In this document: positions 27,161-35,730 of the stretch, one piece after another
How positions within the stretch are numbered: the stretch's first letter is position 1
Layout: each line of letters opens with the position of its first letter
Source: Candidatus Nealsonbacteria bacterium
Lineage (GTDB): Bacteria > Patescibacteriota > Minisyncoccia > Minisyncoccales > PWPS01
Length of the DNA: 64,000 nt
Assembly (NCBI GenBank): GCA_003553505.1
Contig: PWEN01000033.1
Coordinates: 14,518 to 78,517, forward strand
Direction of reading: 5' to 3'
Notes under the pieces: generated by a model
Told to the model about the DNA's origin: nothing
The model's database searches: none
Seen by the model: the letters and a program-made list of their open reading frames with translations, nothing else
Program-made: the position numbers and the translations under genes

Positions 27161-27246
27161 GGAGGGGTACCGAAGTGGACACAACGGCCCCGCCTCGAAA
27201 GCGGATGGTCCGAAAGGACACGTGGGTTCGAATCCCACCCCCTCCG
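27161..27246 (+). tRNA. tRNA-Ser(CGA), class II
   Basis: Acceptor GGAGGGG/CCCCTCC, anticodon loop CTCGAAA, long variable arm, T-arm GTGGG-TTCGAAT-CCCAC. Confidence 0.85.
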
Positions 27247-27256
27247 CAAACTCTTT

Positions 27257-27622
27257 ATGTTTAATTTTAGAAAAAAAGAAGCGCAAACTCCTAAAGAAAA
27301 AGATTGTTCGCATGAATGCATAGAAGGACTGGAAAGGAAGATAAAAGAGATGGAAGAAAAAATAGAGGAGCTAAAGGAGCAACAAAAAAACTTTGTTCAA
27401 AAAGTTTCGCTTGTAAGATTCAATCCTTTTTCAGACATAGGAGGTGATCAAAGCTTTTCTGTTGCGATGTTAGACAAAGAAAATGATGGCATAGTAATGA
27501 CAAGTTTTTACTCCAAAGAGGGTAATAGAGTTTATGGTAAGGAGATAAACAAGGGAAGGTGTGATTATGCGCTTTCAGAAGAAGAGAAGATGGTAATAAA
27601 AAAAGCTTGCAATGAAGAGTAA
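27257..27622 (+). CDS. DUF4446-like protein
   Basis: Coiled-coil N-terminus, then VRFNPFSDIGGDQSFSVAMLDKENDGIVMTSFYSKEGNRVYGKEI, which matches my memory of DUF4446. Confidence 0.5.
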   Translation: MFNFRKKEAQTPKEKDCSHECIEGLERKIKEMEEKIEELKEQQKNFVQKVSLVRFNPFSDIGGDQSFSVAMLDKENDGIVMTSFYSKEGNRVYGKEINKGRCDYALSEEEKMVIKKACNEE

Positions 27623-29081
27623 TAAAAAAAATAAACCGCCGGTAGTAGTTGTTCTTGGACATGTAGATCACGGGAAGAGTTCCCTTTTGGAAGCAATAAA
27701 GGATCTCAAGATAACACAAAAAGAGTCCGGAGGTATAACGCAGCACATAGGGGCTTACTTTATAGAACATGAAAATAAAGGAGTTACTTTTATAGACACC
27801 CCTGGACATGAGGCTTTTTCTGCAATGAGGTCTAGAGGGACCACGATTGCGGATGTGGCCGTTCTTGTTGTTGCTTGCGATGATGGAGTAAAAGAACAGA
27901 CAAAGGAAGCTATAGAGCACGTTAGAAAAACAAAAACACCTTTTGTTGTTGCTTTAAATAAGATAGATAAAAAAGAAGCTAATCCAGAAAGAACAAAACA
28001 GATGCTTGCTTCGGAAGGCGTTTTCGTGGAGTCTTTTGGGGGAGACACTCCCTCAGTAGAGGTTTCTGCTGAAAAAAGAAAGGGAATAGATGAGCTTTTA
28101 GAAATGATACTTCTCGTTGCGGAAATGGAGGAGCTACAGTGTAAAAAAGATGTGCCCGCGAAAGGTTCTGTTATAGAGTCAAAAGTTAACAAGAAAAAAG
28201 GAGCGAGCGCCACTCTTCTTGTAGAAGAAGGAACCCTTCAAAAAGGCGATGTAATAGGAACAGAGTCGTGTTATGGAACGGTGAGGACAATGGAAGATTG
28301 CACAGGAGAAGAGATTGAAAAAGCAGGCCCTTCGCGTCCGGTAAGTATTATAGGGGTAAAAGGGTGTCCGCATGCAGGAGAAAGGTTTGAAGTACACGAA
28401 AAGCTAAGTGAGGCAAAAAAATCAATACCGCAAAAAGAGATTCAAGCAGATGAACAAAAGCCTGAAGTGAAAGAGTTTCCGGTTGTTGTAAAAGCAGACA
28501 CTTTTGGTTCTTTAGAGGCCATTAAAACCAGCATAGACGCCATTCCACGTGATAAGGTTTTTGTAAGAGTGATAAGGTCGGGCGTAGGAAATATTAACGA
28601 GAATGATGCAGACATTGCTAAAGCTGCAGGAGCGGATATTTTTTCTTTTCATGTAAAAACTGATAATGCAGCGAAAAACATGATTTTGCGTGATAACATA
28701 AATGTAAGAAACTTTGATGTTATCTATGAGCTTTTAGATGGTATAAAGAAAGAGGCCTCTAAGATAATAGAGCCGGAAAAGGTAAGGACAGAGATAGGAA
28801 AAATAAAATTATTGGCAGTGTTTCGTACAAAAGGAAACAGGCAGATATTAGGGGGTAAGATAATAAAAGGAGAGGCCTTAAAAGGCGCTTTAGCGGAAGT
28901 TTGGAGGGAGAACGAAAAGCGTGGAGAAGGCAAGGTTGTTAATTTGAAAAAAGAAGAAAAAGATATAGAAAGAGCTCCAGAAAGAGAAGAGATAGGACTA
29001 CTTTTTGAGGGGAGTTGCAGAGCAGAAGAGGGAGATGTTATCTTTATGTACAAAGAAGAAGAGATTGTTATTTCGCTTTAG
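27612..29081 (+). CDS. infB: translation initiation factor IF-2 (short form lacking the N-terminal extension)
   Basis: G1 VLGHVDHGKSSLLEAI, G3 DTPGHEAF, G4 NKID; 489 aa; 11-nt overlap with the upstream gene. Confidence 0.93.
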   Translation: MKSNKKNKPPVVVVLGHVDHGKSSLLEAIKDLKITQKESGGITQHIGAYFIEHENKGVTFIDTPGHEAFSAMRSRGTTIADVAVLVVACDDGVKEQTKEAIEHVRKTKTPFVVALNKIDKKEANPERTKQMLASEGVFVESFGGDTPSVEVSAEKRKGIDELLEMILLVAEMEELQCKKDVPAKGSVIESKVNKKKGASATLLVEEGTLQKGDVIGTESCYGTVRTMEDCTGEEIEKAGPSRPVSIIGVKGCPHAGERFEVHEKLSEAKKSIPQKEIQADEQKPEVKEFPVVVKADTFGSLEAIKTSIDAIPRDKVFVRVIRSGVGNINENDADIAKAAGADIFSFHVKTDNAAKNMILRDNINVRNFDVIYELLDGIKKEASKIIEPEKVRTEIGKIKLLAVFRTKGNRQILGGKIIKGEALKGALAEVWRENEKRGEGKVVNLKKEEKDIERAPEREEIGLLFEGSCRAEEGDVIFMYKEEEIVISL

Positions 29082-29152
29082 GGCCACGTAGCCAAGTGGT
29101 AAGGCAAGGGTCTGCAAAACCCTCATCATGGGTTCGATTCCCATCGTGGCCT
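29082..29152 (+). tRNA. tRNA-Cys(GCA)
   Basis: Acceptor GGCCACG/CGTGGCC, anticodon loop CTGCAAA; starts at the nucleotide after the infB TAG. Confidence 0.9.
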
Positions 29153-29161
29153 CCTTTTTTT

Positions 29162-29246
29162 GCCGGGATGGCGGAACTGGTAGACGCTGAAGACTTAAAA
29201 TCTTTTGGGGTTTTTTCCCGTGTGGGTTCGAGTCCCACTCCCGGCA
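29162..29246 (+). tRNA. tRNA-Leu(TAA), class II
   Basis: Acceptor GCCGGGA/TCCCGGC, anticodon loop CTTAAAA, long variable arm. Confidence 0.9.
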
Positions 29247-29256
29247 CAAATAAAAA

Positions 29257-29276
29257 AATCCCGCTTTTGCGGGATT
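29257..29276. terminator. bidirectional intrinsic terminator
   Basis: aatcccgc-tttt-gcgggatt hairpin flanked by an A-run and a T-run; overlaps the stop codon of the convergent 3D-domain gene. Confidence 0.8.
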
Positions 29277-29838
29277 ATTTTATTATCTCTATGTGTGTTG
29301 TTTTTCTTCCCAACTCTCTCGCTTCCGCTCTTGTTTCAAACCATACATCTACATACCCGTCGTGCCAAACATCTTCGTAAGGAGGAGAGTATCTGCGGTT
29401 CATGCGATCCTTTACAATAAAAGTTTTGTCACCATAAATGTCGGGCACTCTTATCTCTGTTCCAAACTCTAGAAAGTTTGCTGCAACTATTCCGTCTCTT
29501 ACTCTTTCTCCTGACGCGGTAATGAATGGCTCAGAGTTTGTTTGGCATTCAGTACTTGAGTATCCTGTAATCTCTACCCATTTTTTTTCCACTGATTCTT
29601 CTTTTACTGCCACTGTCTGTGGTTTTTTGTAAATAGGAGAAGAAGATGCAAGCAGTGTGTTTCCTTCATATATGTGCTCTTTTTCAACCTCCTTGCTTGT
29701 GCTTGATATAGAGAGAGGGCTGTTTTTATTCTCTTCTTCCGAAAAGCTTATGCTTGTTAGTAGTAAAAAAGAAACTGTTATCGAAAAGAAGAGAGTGCTT
29801 AACCAAGACTCGTCAGAAGATTTTATTTGATTAGACAT
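29275..29838 (-). CDS. 3D-domain (MltA/RlpA-like double-psi barrel) cell-wall protein with N-terminal TM
   Basis: ITGYSSTECQTNSEPFITASGERVRDGIVAAN...FGTEIRVP...FIVKDRMNRRY...VDVWFET pattern typical of 3D domains. Confidence 0.65.
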   Translation of the reverse strand: MSNQIKSSDESWLSTLFFSITVSFLLLTSISFSEEENKNSPLSISSTSKEVEKEHIYEGNTLLASSSPIYKKPQTVAVKEESVEKKWVEITGYSSTECQTNSEPFITASGERVRDGIVAANFLEFGTEIRVPDIYGDKTFIVKDRMNRRYSPPYEDVWHDGYVDVWFETRAEARELGRKTTHIEIIK

Positions 29839-29868
29839 ATTTTAGTAATTGTAACAGATATTTTTAAA

Positions 29869-29891
29869 TTAAAAAACCCTCACGAATGAGG
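29869..29891 (-). terminator. putative terminator of the minus-strand tRNA operon
   Basis: On the minus strand: CCTCA-TTCG-TGAGG (5-bp stem, UUCG loop) followed by GTTTTTT. Confidence 0.45.
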
Positions 29892-29936
29892 ATTAATTCA
29901 TTTTAACACAAACAAGAAATAAGGTCAAGCATTTAT

Positions 29937-30012
29937 TGGAGCGGGTGAGCGGAATCGAACCGCCATTTCATCCTTGGCAAGGATGTGTAATGAACCGTTA
30001 TACGACACCCGC
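29937..30012 (-). tRNA. tRNA-Gly(GCC), CCA encoded
   Basis: Reverse complement folds with acceptor GCGGGTG/CACCCGC and anticodon loop TTGCCAA. Confidence 0.9.
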
Positions 30013-30017
30013 ATTCT

Positions 30018-30092
30018 TGGTGCCGCGGGCCGGGATTGAACCGGCGACCTAACGATTTTCAGTCGTTCGCTCTACCACTGAGCTACCGCGGC
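30018..30092 (-). tRNA. tRNA-Phe(GAA), CCA encoded
   Basis: Acceptor GCCGCGG/CCGCGGC, anticodon loop CTGAAAA. Confidence 0.9.
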
Positions 30093-30169
30093 TGGTGGAC
30101 GGTGTAGGACTCGAACCTACGGCCTCGTCGATGTAAGCGACGCGCTCTAGCCAGCTGAGCTAACCGTCC
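30093..30169 (-). tRNA. tRNA-Val(TAC), CCA encoded
   Basis: Acceptor GGACGGT/ACCGTCC, anticodon loop CTTACAT; abuts tRNA-Phe with zero spacer. Confidence 0.9.
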
Positions 30170-30177
30170 TCTTTAAG

Positions 30178-30261
30178 TGCTCGGGACAGGAGTCGAACCT
30201 GCACAGGCGTAAGCCCACATCCCCCTCAAGGATGCGTGTCTACCAGTTCCACCACCCGAGC
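30178..30261 (-). tRNA. tRNA-Leu(GAG), class II
   Basis: Acceptor GCTCGGG/CCCGAGC, anticodon loop TTGAGGG, long variable arm. Confidence 0.88.
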
Positions 30262-30264
30262 TTT

Positions 30265-30597
30265 TTATTTTATCTTCTTTCTAATGATCTTCTTGGACTT
30301 TTCTCGGATATAGTACAACTTTGCGCGGCGAGTCTTTCCTTTTTTAACAATCTCGATACTTTCTATGTTTTTTCCGTGAACAGGAAACACCTTTTCTACT
30401 CCTACTTTATCCATTACTTTTCTTACCGTTATTGAGGCAGTAACGCCTTTTCCATGCTTTTGGGCTATAAGCATTCCTTCAAAGCTTTGTGTTCTTCCGT
30501 TTACGTTTTGCGTAACGCGCACCGTATCACCGGGACTCATTTCGGGAATATCCTTTTTTTCTTGTTTTTTATTAAATTGATCTATCTTAACAGACAT
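30265..30597 (-). CDS. rplS: 50S ribosomal protein L19
   Basis: PGDTVRVTQNV...RTQSFEGMLIAQKHGKGVTASITVRKV...GVEKVFPVHGKNIESIEIV...RRAKLYYIR. Confidence 0.95.
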   Translation of the reverse strand: MSVKIDQFNKKQEKKDIPEMSPGDTVRVTQNVNGRTQSFEGMLIAQKHGKGVTASITVRKVMDKVGVEKVFPVHGKNIESIEIVKKGKTRRAKLYYIREKSKKIIRKKIK

Positions 30598-31261
30598 CTT
30601 TTTTTAGGTTATGAATAACTTTTTTTAAATCTTTTGGCAGTGGCGCAGTAAATATCATCTTTCCTTTCGGTGTTTTTATCTTTAACGACCTTGCGTGTAA
30701 AAACATTCTGTTTAATTCTTGCGGATCTTTTTGGTCCTTGAATCCGTAAAGAGCATCTCCTGCCACAGGGTGTCCCATGTGTGAAAGATGACATCTTATC
30801 TGGTGTTTTCTTCCGCTTTTCGGGAAAACGCACAAAAGAGAGTGGTTGTTAAATCTTTTTAATGTTTTAAAGAAAGTTACAGCCTCTCTTTTTTCTCCGG
30901 CGCGTGCTATCTGCTTTTTTCTGTTTTTCGGAGACCTTCCTATGGGAACATCTACTCTTCCCTTGTCTCTCTTTACTTTCTTAAACACAAGAGCAATATA
31001 GGTTTTTTTTGCTTTTTGCGCAAGGAACTGCTCCTGCATAAAAGAAAGATCTTTTTCGCTTTTTGCAAAAACAACAACACCGGAAGTGTCCTTGTCCAAA
31101 CGGTGGACCGCTCCACCTCTTTCTCCTCCTATCTCCTTGAGATAGGGGCGATCCAGAGCAAGAACGCTTGCAACGCTGTCTTCTTTGTCGGAAAAAACCA
31201 CCTTTCCGGGTTCTTTATTTACTACTATAATGTGCTTATCTTCGTAAATTACTTCTGTCAT
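30587..31261 (-). CDS. RluA-family pseudouridine synthase (no S4 domain)
   Basis: Catalytic HRLDKDTSGVVVFAKS motif; KHQIRCHL motif. Confidence 0.88.
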   Translation of the reverse strand: MTEVIYEDKHIIVVNKEPGKVVFSDKEDSVASVLALDRPYLKEIGGERGGAVHRLDKDTSGVVVFAKSEKDLSFMQEQFLAQKAKKTYIALVFKKVKRDKGRVDVPIGRSPKNRKKQIARAGEKREAVTFFKTLKRFNNHSLLCVFPKSGRKHQIRCHLSHMGHPVAGDALYGFKDQKDPQELNRMFLHARSLKIKTPKGKMIFTAPLPKDLKKVIHNLKKDVC

Positions 31262-31267
31262 AATGTG

Positions 31268-31341
31268 TGGGCGCGCCTGGACTCGAACCAGGGACCTTCT
31301 GCGTGTCGAGCAGACGCTCTAGCCAACTGAGCCACGCGCCC
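31268..31341 (-). tRNA. tRNA-Val(GAC) with atypical C at position 33
   Basis: Acceptor GGGCGCG/CGCGCCC, anticodon stem TCTGC/GCAGA, loop TCGACAC. Anticodon assignment assumes the standard 7-nt loop. Confidence 0.7.
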
Positions 31342-31352
31342 ATATTTCGGCT

Positions 31353-31429
31353 TGGTGGGCGCACCTGGACTTGAACCAGGGACCTCGACTTTATAAGAAT
31401 CGCGCTCTCACCGACTGAGCTATGCGCCC
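31353..31429 (-). tRNA. tRNA-Ile(TAT), CCA encoded
   Basis: Acceptor GGGCGCA/TGCGCCC, anticodon stem CGATT/AGTCG, loop CTTATAA. Confidence 0.8.
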
Positions 31430-31469
31430 TAACTTCATGGGGGATTATAACATAAAAACAAATTAATCG

Positions 31470-33299
31470 CTACTCTTTGATCATTTTTTCGTATTCATCC
31501 CTTTCAATAGTTTCTTTGTCCATCAGTTCTTGTGTTACCTTTTTGAGTAGTTCTTTCTTGTCTTTAAGTGTTTTGGTTGCAGTTTCTTCCGCTTTTTTTA
31601 TAAATTTTGCAACCTCTTTATCCAGTTTTGCAGCAGTTTCTTCTGAGTACTTCTTTTCTTCATGCATCTCTCTTCCCAGAAAGACGTGCTCTTTTTCTCC
31701 TCCGAAATGAATCGGTCCCATTGCTGACATGCCAAACTCTTTTACTAGTTTCCTTGCGAACTTTGATGCTCTCTCTAGATCGTTTACTGCTCCTGTGGAA
31801 ACTTCTTTAAATATTAGTTTTTCCGCGCAGTATCCTCCAAGCAAAACGGCCATTTCGGAAACAAGCTCCGACTTTCTTTTTATGTGACTGTCTTCCGATG
31901 CCACTTTTAATGTGTATCCTGCTGCTTGTCCTCGAGCAATAATTGATATCTTTCTTACGGGATCTGTGTCGGGCAAAAAAGAGGAAACTATTGCGTGACC
32001 TGCTTCGTGGTATGCGGTTGTTTCCTTTTCTTTTTTGCTCATCGCATAACTCTTTCTTTCCGGACCAAGAAGAACTTTTTCGATAGACTCAAGAAAGTCT
32101 TCTTGTCCTACTTTCTTTTTTCTTTTTCTTGCAGCAAGTATGGCCGCCTCGTTTACCAGATTTGCAAGATCTGCACTAGAGAATCCGGGAGTTCTTTCTG
32201 CTATCTCTTTGTATTTTACGTTTCTCTTCAACGGCTTTCCTTTAGAGTGTATCTTTAATACCTCTATACGACTTTCTTTGTCCGGAAGATCAAGTATTAT
32301 TTTGCGGTCAAACCTTCCCGGCCGTAAAAGAGCGTGATCCAATATGTCGGGACGATTGGTGCTTGCAAGAACTATTATCTTTGTGTCTTGCTTAAATCCG
32401 TCCATCTCCACAAGTATCTGATTTAGTGTTTGCTCCCTTTCGTCGTTTCCTCCTCCCACTCCTGCTCCTCTTGCTCTTCCTACCGCATCAAGCTCGTCTA
32501 TATAAACAATGCAAGGTTGTTTCTTTTTTGCTGTATTGAAAAGATCTCTTACTCTGCCGCTTCCCACTCCCACAAAAAGCTCAATAAACTCTGATCCTGA
32601 TATCTCGAAAAAGGGAACTCCCGCTTCTCCCGAAACAGCTCTTGCTAGTAATGTTTTTCCTGTTCCCGGTTGTCCCGTAAGAAGAACACCTTTTGGTATT
32701 CGCGCTCCTATCTTTAGAAATCTTGAGGGGTCTTTCAGAAACTCTACGATCTCTTTTATCTCTTCTTTTGCTTCTTTTAGTCCGGCTACATCGTCAAATG
32801 TTATGTTCTCACTGGGAAGCCCTCCTTCTCCGAAAAGACGCGCTTTTGCCTTGGAAAAATCCATTGCTTGCATTGCTCCCCCTTTTGCCTGACGGAACAT
32901 GGAGCGGAATATGAATATGATGATAAGAAGAGGGATGAGAAGTATCATCATCGTATACAGGAAAGACCAATCCCTTTCTTCCTCAAACTGTAGATTTAGA
33001 GCTCGTATCTTTTCTTCCTCTACTCCGAAACCTTTTAGCGACTCAGAAAGTGATGTTTCCGGTTCCCTTTGTGTTTTTGCGATTAGCTCATCATCCCTAA
33101 AGGCCTCTATGCTTGTTCCTACAACTACGATCTTGTCTATCTCTTCTTCGTTTATCATGCTTACCAGCTCACTCATGCTTACCTTCTGGTCGTCTTTAAG
33201 GGAGTCAGATGCAATAAACCCGAAAAGCGCCACTACAATAAGTAGTATCAAAAAGAACGAAATTACGTTTTTTGTTAAGTTTTTAGTTATCTTTTGCAT
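31470..33299 (-). CDS. ftsH: ATP-dependent zinc metalloprotease FtsH
   Basis: Two N-terminal TMs, Walker [15 protein letters not shown], zinc site HEAGHA. Confidence 0.97.
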   Translation of the reverse strand: MQKITKNLTKNVISFFLILLIVVALFGFIASDSLKDDQKVSMSELVSMINEEEIDKIVVVGTSIEAFRDDELIAKTQREPETSLSESLKGFGVEEEKIRALNLQFEEERDWSFLYTMMILLIPLLIIIFIFRSMFRQAKGGAMQAMDFSKAKARLFGEGGLPSENITFDDVAGLKEAKEEIKEIVEFLKDPSRFLKIGARIPKGVLLTGQPGTGKTLLARAVSGEAGVPFFEISGSEFIELFVGVGSGRVRDLFNTAKKKQPCIVYIDELDAVGRARGAGVGGGNDEREQTLNQILVEMDGFKQDTKIIVLASTNRPDILDHALLRPGRFDRKIILDLPDKESRIEVLKIHSKGKPLKRNVKYKEIAERTPGFSSADLANLVNEAAILAARKRKKKVGQEDFLESIEKVLLGPERKSYAMSKKEKETTAYHEAGHAIVSSFLPDTDPVRKISIIARGQAAGYTLKVASEDSHIKRKSELVSEMAVLLGGYCAEKLIFKEVSTGAVNDLERASKFARKLVKEFGMSAMGPIHFGGEKEHVFLGREMHEEKKYSEETAAKLDKEVAKFIKKAEETATKTLKDKKELLKKVTQELMDKETIERDEYEKMIKE

Positions 33300-33356
33300 G
33301 GCGCTATGATATCACAACAATGAACTCTATTCAAAATTGATATTTCTTGCATTTAT

Positions 33357-33365
33357 TGTTATAAT
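33357..33365 (+). promoter_or_regulatory. extended -10 (TGtTATAAT) for the Arg-His-Arg tRNA operon
   Basis: tgttataat ends 9 nt before the first tRNA. Confidence 0.55.
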
Positions 33366-33374
33366 GGCCGCTAT

Positions 33375-33448
33375 GCCCTCGTAGCTTAATTGGATAAAGC
33401 AATTCCCTTCTAAGGAAGAGAGTGCAGGTTCGAGTCCTGCCGAGGGCA
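33375..33448 (+). tRNA. tRNA-Arg(TCT)
   Basis: Acceptor GCCCTCG/CGAGGGC, anticodon loop CTTCTAA. Confidence 0.9.
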
Positions 33449-33451
33449 CAT

Positions 33452-33525
33452 GGCGGCCGTAGCTTAATCGGCAAAGCACTTGGTTGTGGTCCAAGAGCAT
33501 GCGGGTTCGAGTCCCGTCGGTCGCC
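33452..33525 (+). tRNA. tRNA-His(GTG) with genome-encoded G-1
   Basis: G-1 plus acceptor GCGGCCG/CGGTCGC, discriminator C, anticodon loop TTGTGGT. Confidence 0.88.
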
Positions 33526-33534
33526 CTTTAAAGC

Positions 33535-33607
33535 GTCCTCGTAGCTCAACAGGAGAGAGCGGTGGCCTCCTAAGCCATTGATGCAGGTTCGAGTCCTGCC
33601 GAGGACA
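33535..33607 (+). tRNA. tRNA-Arg(CCT)
   Basis: Acceptor GTCCTCG/CGAGGAC, anticodon loop CTCCTAA; 3' end abuts the stop of convergent rpsA. Confidence 0.9.
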
Positions 33608-34660
33608 CTAGTTTACAAGTCTCAAGCTAAAGCGATGCTCGTTGGCGTTTATAGAGAGTATCTTGAATTTGTATGTTTTTCCGACTTCAAGAGATTCTTC
33701 CATCTTTTCTCTTGTCTGGAACTCTGATATATGACAGAGGCCTTGTATGCCGGGGGTTATCTCTACGAAAGCTCCAAAAGAGATAAACTTTGTCACCGTC
33801 CCCTCTACTACATCTCCTTCTTTATATTTTTCTTCTACGTTTTCCCAGGGATCCTCCTTTAGTGCTTTTAACGACAAGAACACTTTTCCGTTCTCTATCT
33901 TTATGATCTTTGCTTTTATGCTTTCTCCTTCCTTTATTATCTGACGAGGATCATCCACTAGCCCCCAGTCCAGCTCAGAGATGTGCATGAGTCCTTCTAT
34001 TCCGTTGCCGAACTTTACAAATGCACCAAAGTCAACTATCCCGGTAACTTCTCCCTCTACTACATCTCCTTCTTTGTACTCTTCAAGCGACTCCTGTTTC
34101 TTTTCTATTTCGTTTACTTTTTCCGAGAGAATTATCTTTTCTTTATTCTTAGAGAGGTCCAGTATTCTTACCTCCATCTCTTTTCCGACAAACTTTTGAA
34201 GCTCTTTTAGTATTTGAGAGGAGTCTCCTCCTTCAACACGGGGATAGTTCTCAGAAGAAAGCTGAGAAGAAGGAATAAAAGAAGGAATTCCTGATATCTT
34301 TGCCAATAATCCTCCTTTGTTTGCTCCGTCTATCTTTACCTTTACCGTCTCTCCTTTCTCTTTTTTCTCCTCTAAAACTCCCCAAGCAATATCTTTTTTT
34401 GCTTGGATGCGGGAACACTCTACATATCCATCCTCGTTCTCAAGATCGAGTATCTTTACAGTTACAGAGTCCCCTTCTTCGAGGTCTTTGAGTTCGTCCT
34501 TTACGGCATAGAACTCACGTCCATATATTACCCCCGTACCAAATATTCCCAAATCAATAAAAGCGGCGGCTCGCCCCTTACCTGATATTTTTCCTTCCAC
34601 CGTTTCTCCTTCTTTAGGAATATCGAGCAGGTTTTTTTCTTTTAATTCTTCTTTTAACAT
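33608..34660 (-). CDS. rpsA: 30S ribosomal protein S1 (four S1 domains)
   Basis: Four repeats of the G-x-V-x-G-x-V...GAFV...G-L-x-H-I-SE S1 pattern. Confidence 0.88.
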   Translation of the reverse strand: MLKEELKEKNLLDIPKEGETVEGKISGKGRAAAFIDLGIFGTGVIYGREFYAVKDELKDLEEGDSVTVKILDLENEDGYVECSRIQAKKDIAWGVLEEKKEKGETVKVKIDGANKGGLLAKISGIPSFIPSSQLSSENYPRVEGGDSSQILKELQKFVGKEMEVRILDLSKNKEKIILSEKVNEIEKKQESLEEYKEGDVVEGEVTGIVDFGAFVKFGNGIEGLMHISELDWGLVDDPRQIIKEGESIKAKIIKIENGKVFLSLKALKEDPWENVEEKYKEGDVVEGTVTKFISFGAFVEITPGIQGLCHISEFQTREKMEESLEVGKTYKFKILSINANEHRFSLRLVN

Positions 34661-34684
34661 AGTGCCGTAATTTTACATGATTTC

Positions 34685-34712
34685 TTGATTTTTTCAAGAG
34701 TAGTGCTAGAAT
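34685..34712 (+). promoter_or_regulatory. promoter TTGATT-16-TGcTAGAAT (leaderless arrangement)
   Basis: ttgatt (34685-90), tgctagaat (34704-12); ATG at 34722. Confidence 0.55.
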
Positions 34713-34721
34713 GAAAGCAAT

Positions 34722-35393
34722 ATGAATATAGTTTGGTACGGACAATCGTGTTTTAAAATAACTCTACAGGGAAACAAGAAGTCCAAGCGGAAGGTGACCA
34801 TTCTCACGGACCCTTTTGAGGAGGAGATTGGCATAAAAATGCCTAAGACTGAGGCGGATATTGTTCTTATAAGTCACAATCATCATGACCATAGCAATAA
34901 AGGGTGTCTGAAGGGTGACCCGTTTATAATTGAAGGGCCTGGAGAATATGAAGTAAAGGATGTTTTTGTGAGAGGAGTGTTTTCTTTTCATGATGAAAGC
35001 GAAGGAAGTGAGCGTGGAGTGAACACTATTTACACTATGCTTGCGGAAGGGATAAACGTGTGCCATCTGGGAGACTTCGGGGAAAAAGAGCTTAGCAGCG
35101 AGCAGTTGGGAGAAATAGGAAGCGTTGATGTTCTTTTTGTTCCCGTGGGAGGAGTATATACTATTGACGCAAAAGGAGCGGCAAGAGTTGTTTCACAGAT
35201 AGAGCCGCGCATAGTTGTTCCCATGCACTACAGTGTCCCGGGTCTTAAGTTGCAGCTTGGAGGTCTTGCTGATTTCTTAAAAGTTATGGGAGAAAAACAA
35301 ACGGAAGAAGTAGAAAAGCTTTCCTTGCAAAAGAAAGACCTTTTAAAAGAAGACACGAAAATAACTCCTCTTTCTTTATCTTCAAAGAAGTAA
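34722..35393 (+). CDS. MBL-fold metallo-hydrolase
   Basis: ISHNHHDHSN (HxHxDH) motif; 223 aa. Confidence 0.85.
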   Translation: MNIVWYGQSCFKITLQGNKKSKRKVTILTDPFEEEIGIKMPKTEADIVLISHNHHDHSNKGCLKGDPFIIEGPGEYEVKDVFVRGVFSFHDESEGSERGVNTIYTMLAEGINVCHLGDFGEKELSSEQLGEIGSVDVLFVPVGGVYTIDAKGAARVVSQIEPRIVVPMHYSVPGLKLQLGGLADFLKVMGEKQTEEVEKLSLQKKDLLKEDTKITPLSLSSKK

Positions 35394-35394
35394 A

Positions 35395-35730
35395 ATGCTT
35401 CAGAAATTAAAAAATCTTCCGGAAAAAAGAAAGAAGATAATCATCTGGGGCGCTGCTGTAGTAATAGTCGCTCCCATTTTATTTTTTCAAGTGCAGGGCA
35501 CAAAAAATAAACTGGAAAACATAAGCTTTGAGTCTTCGCCTTTTTCTTCGCTTAGCCAGGAGATTAGTTTTGGCATGGACAATGTGCTGGAAGGAATGAA
35601 AGAAGAAGGGTTTTCTCTTGAAGAGATAGAGGAAGAGTTACGGGAGATAAAAGAAGAAGGAGATTTAACAAAAGAGGAGGAAGAAGAAATAGAAGAAATT
35701 TTAGAAGAAATTAAAAATGAAGAGCAGTAA
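35395..35730 (+). CDS. hypothetical membrane-anchored acidic protein
   Basis: N-terminal TM ([17 protein letters not shown]) then a Glu-rich tail; overlaps the gyrA start by 14 nt. Confidence 0.5.
   Translation: MLQKLKNLPEKRKKIIIWGAAVVIVAPILFFQVQGTKNKLENISFESSPFSSLSQEISFGMDNVLEGMKEEGFSLEEIEEELREIKEEGDLTKEEEEEIEEILEEIKNEEQ

Noticed and set aside
26985-27221. Listed ORFs running through tRNA genes (26985-27221, 28998-29249, 29015-29380, 33331-33549, 39730-39912, 43524-43757, 43822-44049, 31016-31330)
   Set aside because: Each is explained by a hand-folded tRNA cloverleaf on one strand or the other. The recurring peptide fragments (e.g. RTRTCTLFLRRE) are translations of conserved tRNA arms.
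27612-29081. IF-2 of only 489 aa as a truncated pseudogene
   Set aside because: The G domain, domain II and C-terminal domains are intact, and the ORF is tightly packed between neighbours. Short IF-2 lacking the N-terminal extension is known in small genomes.
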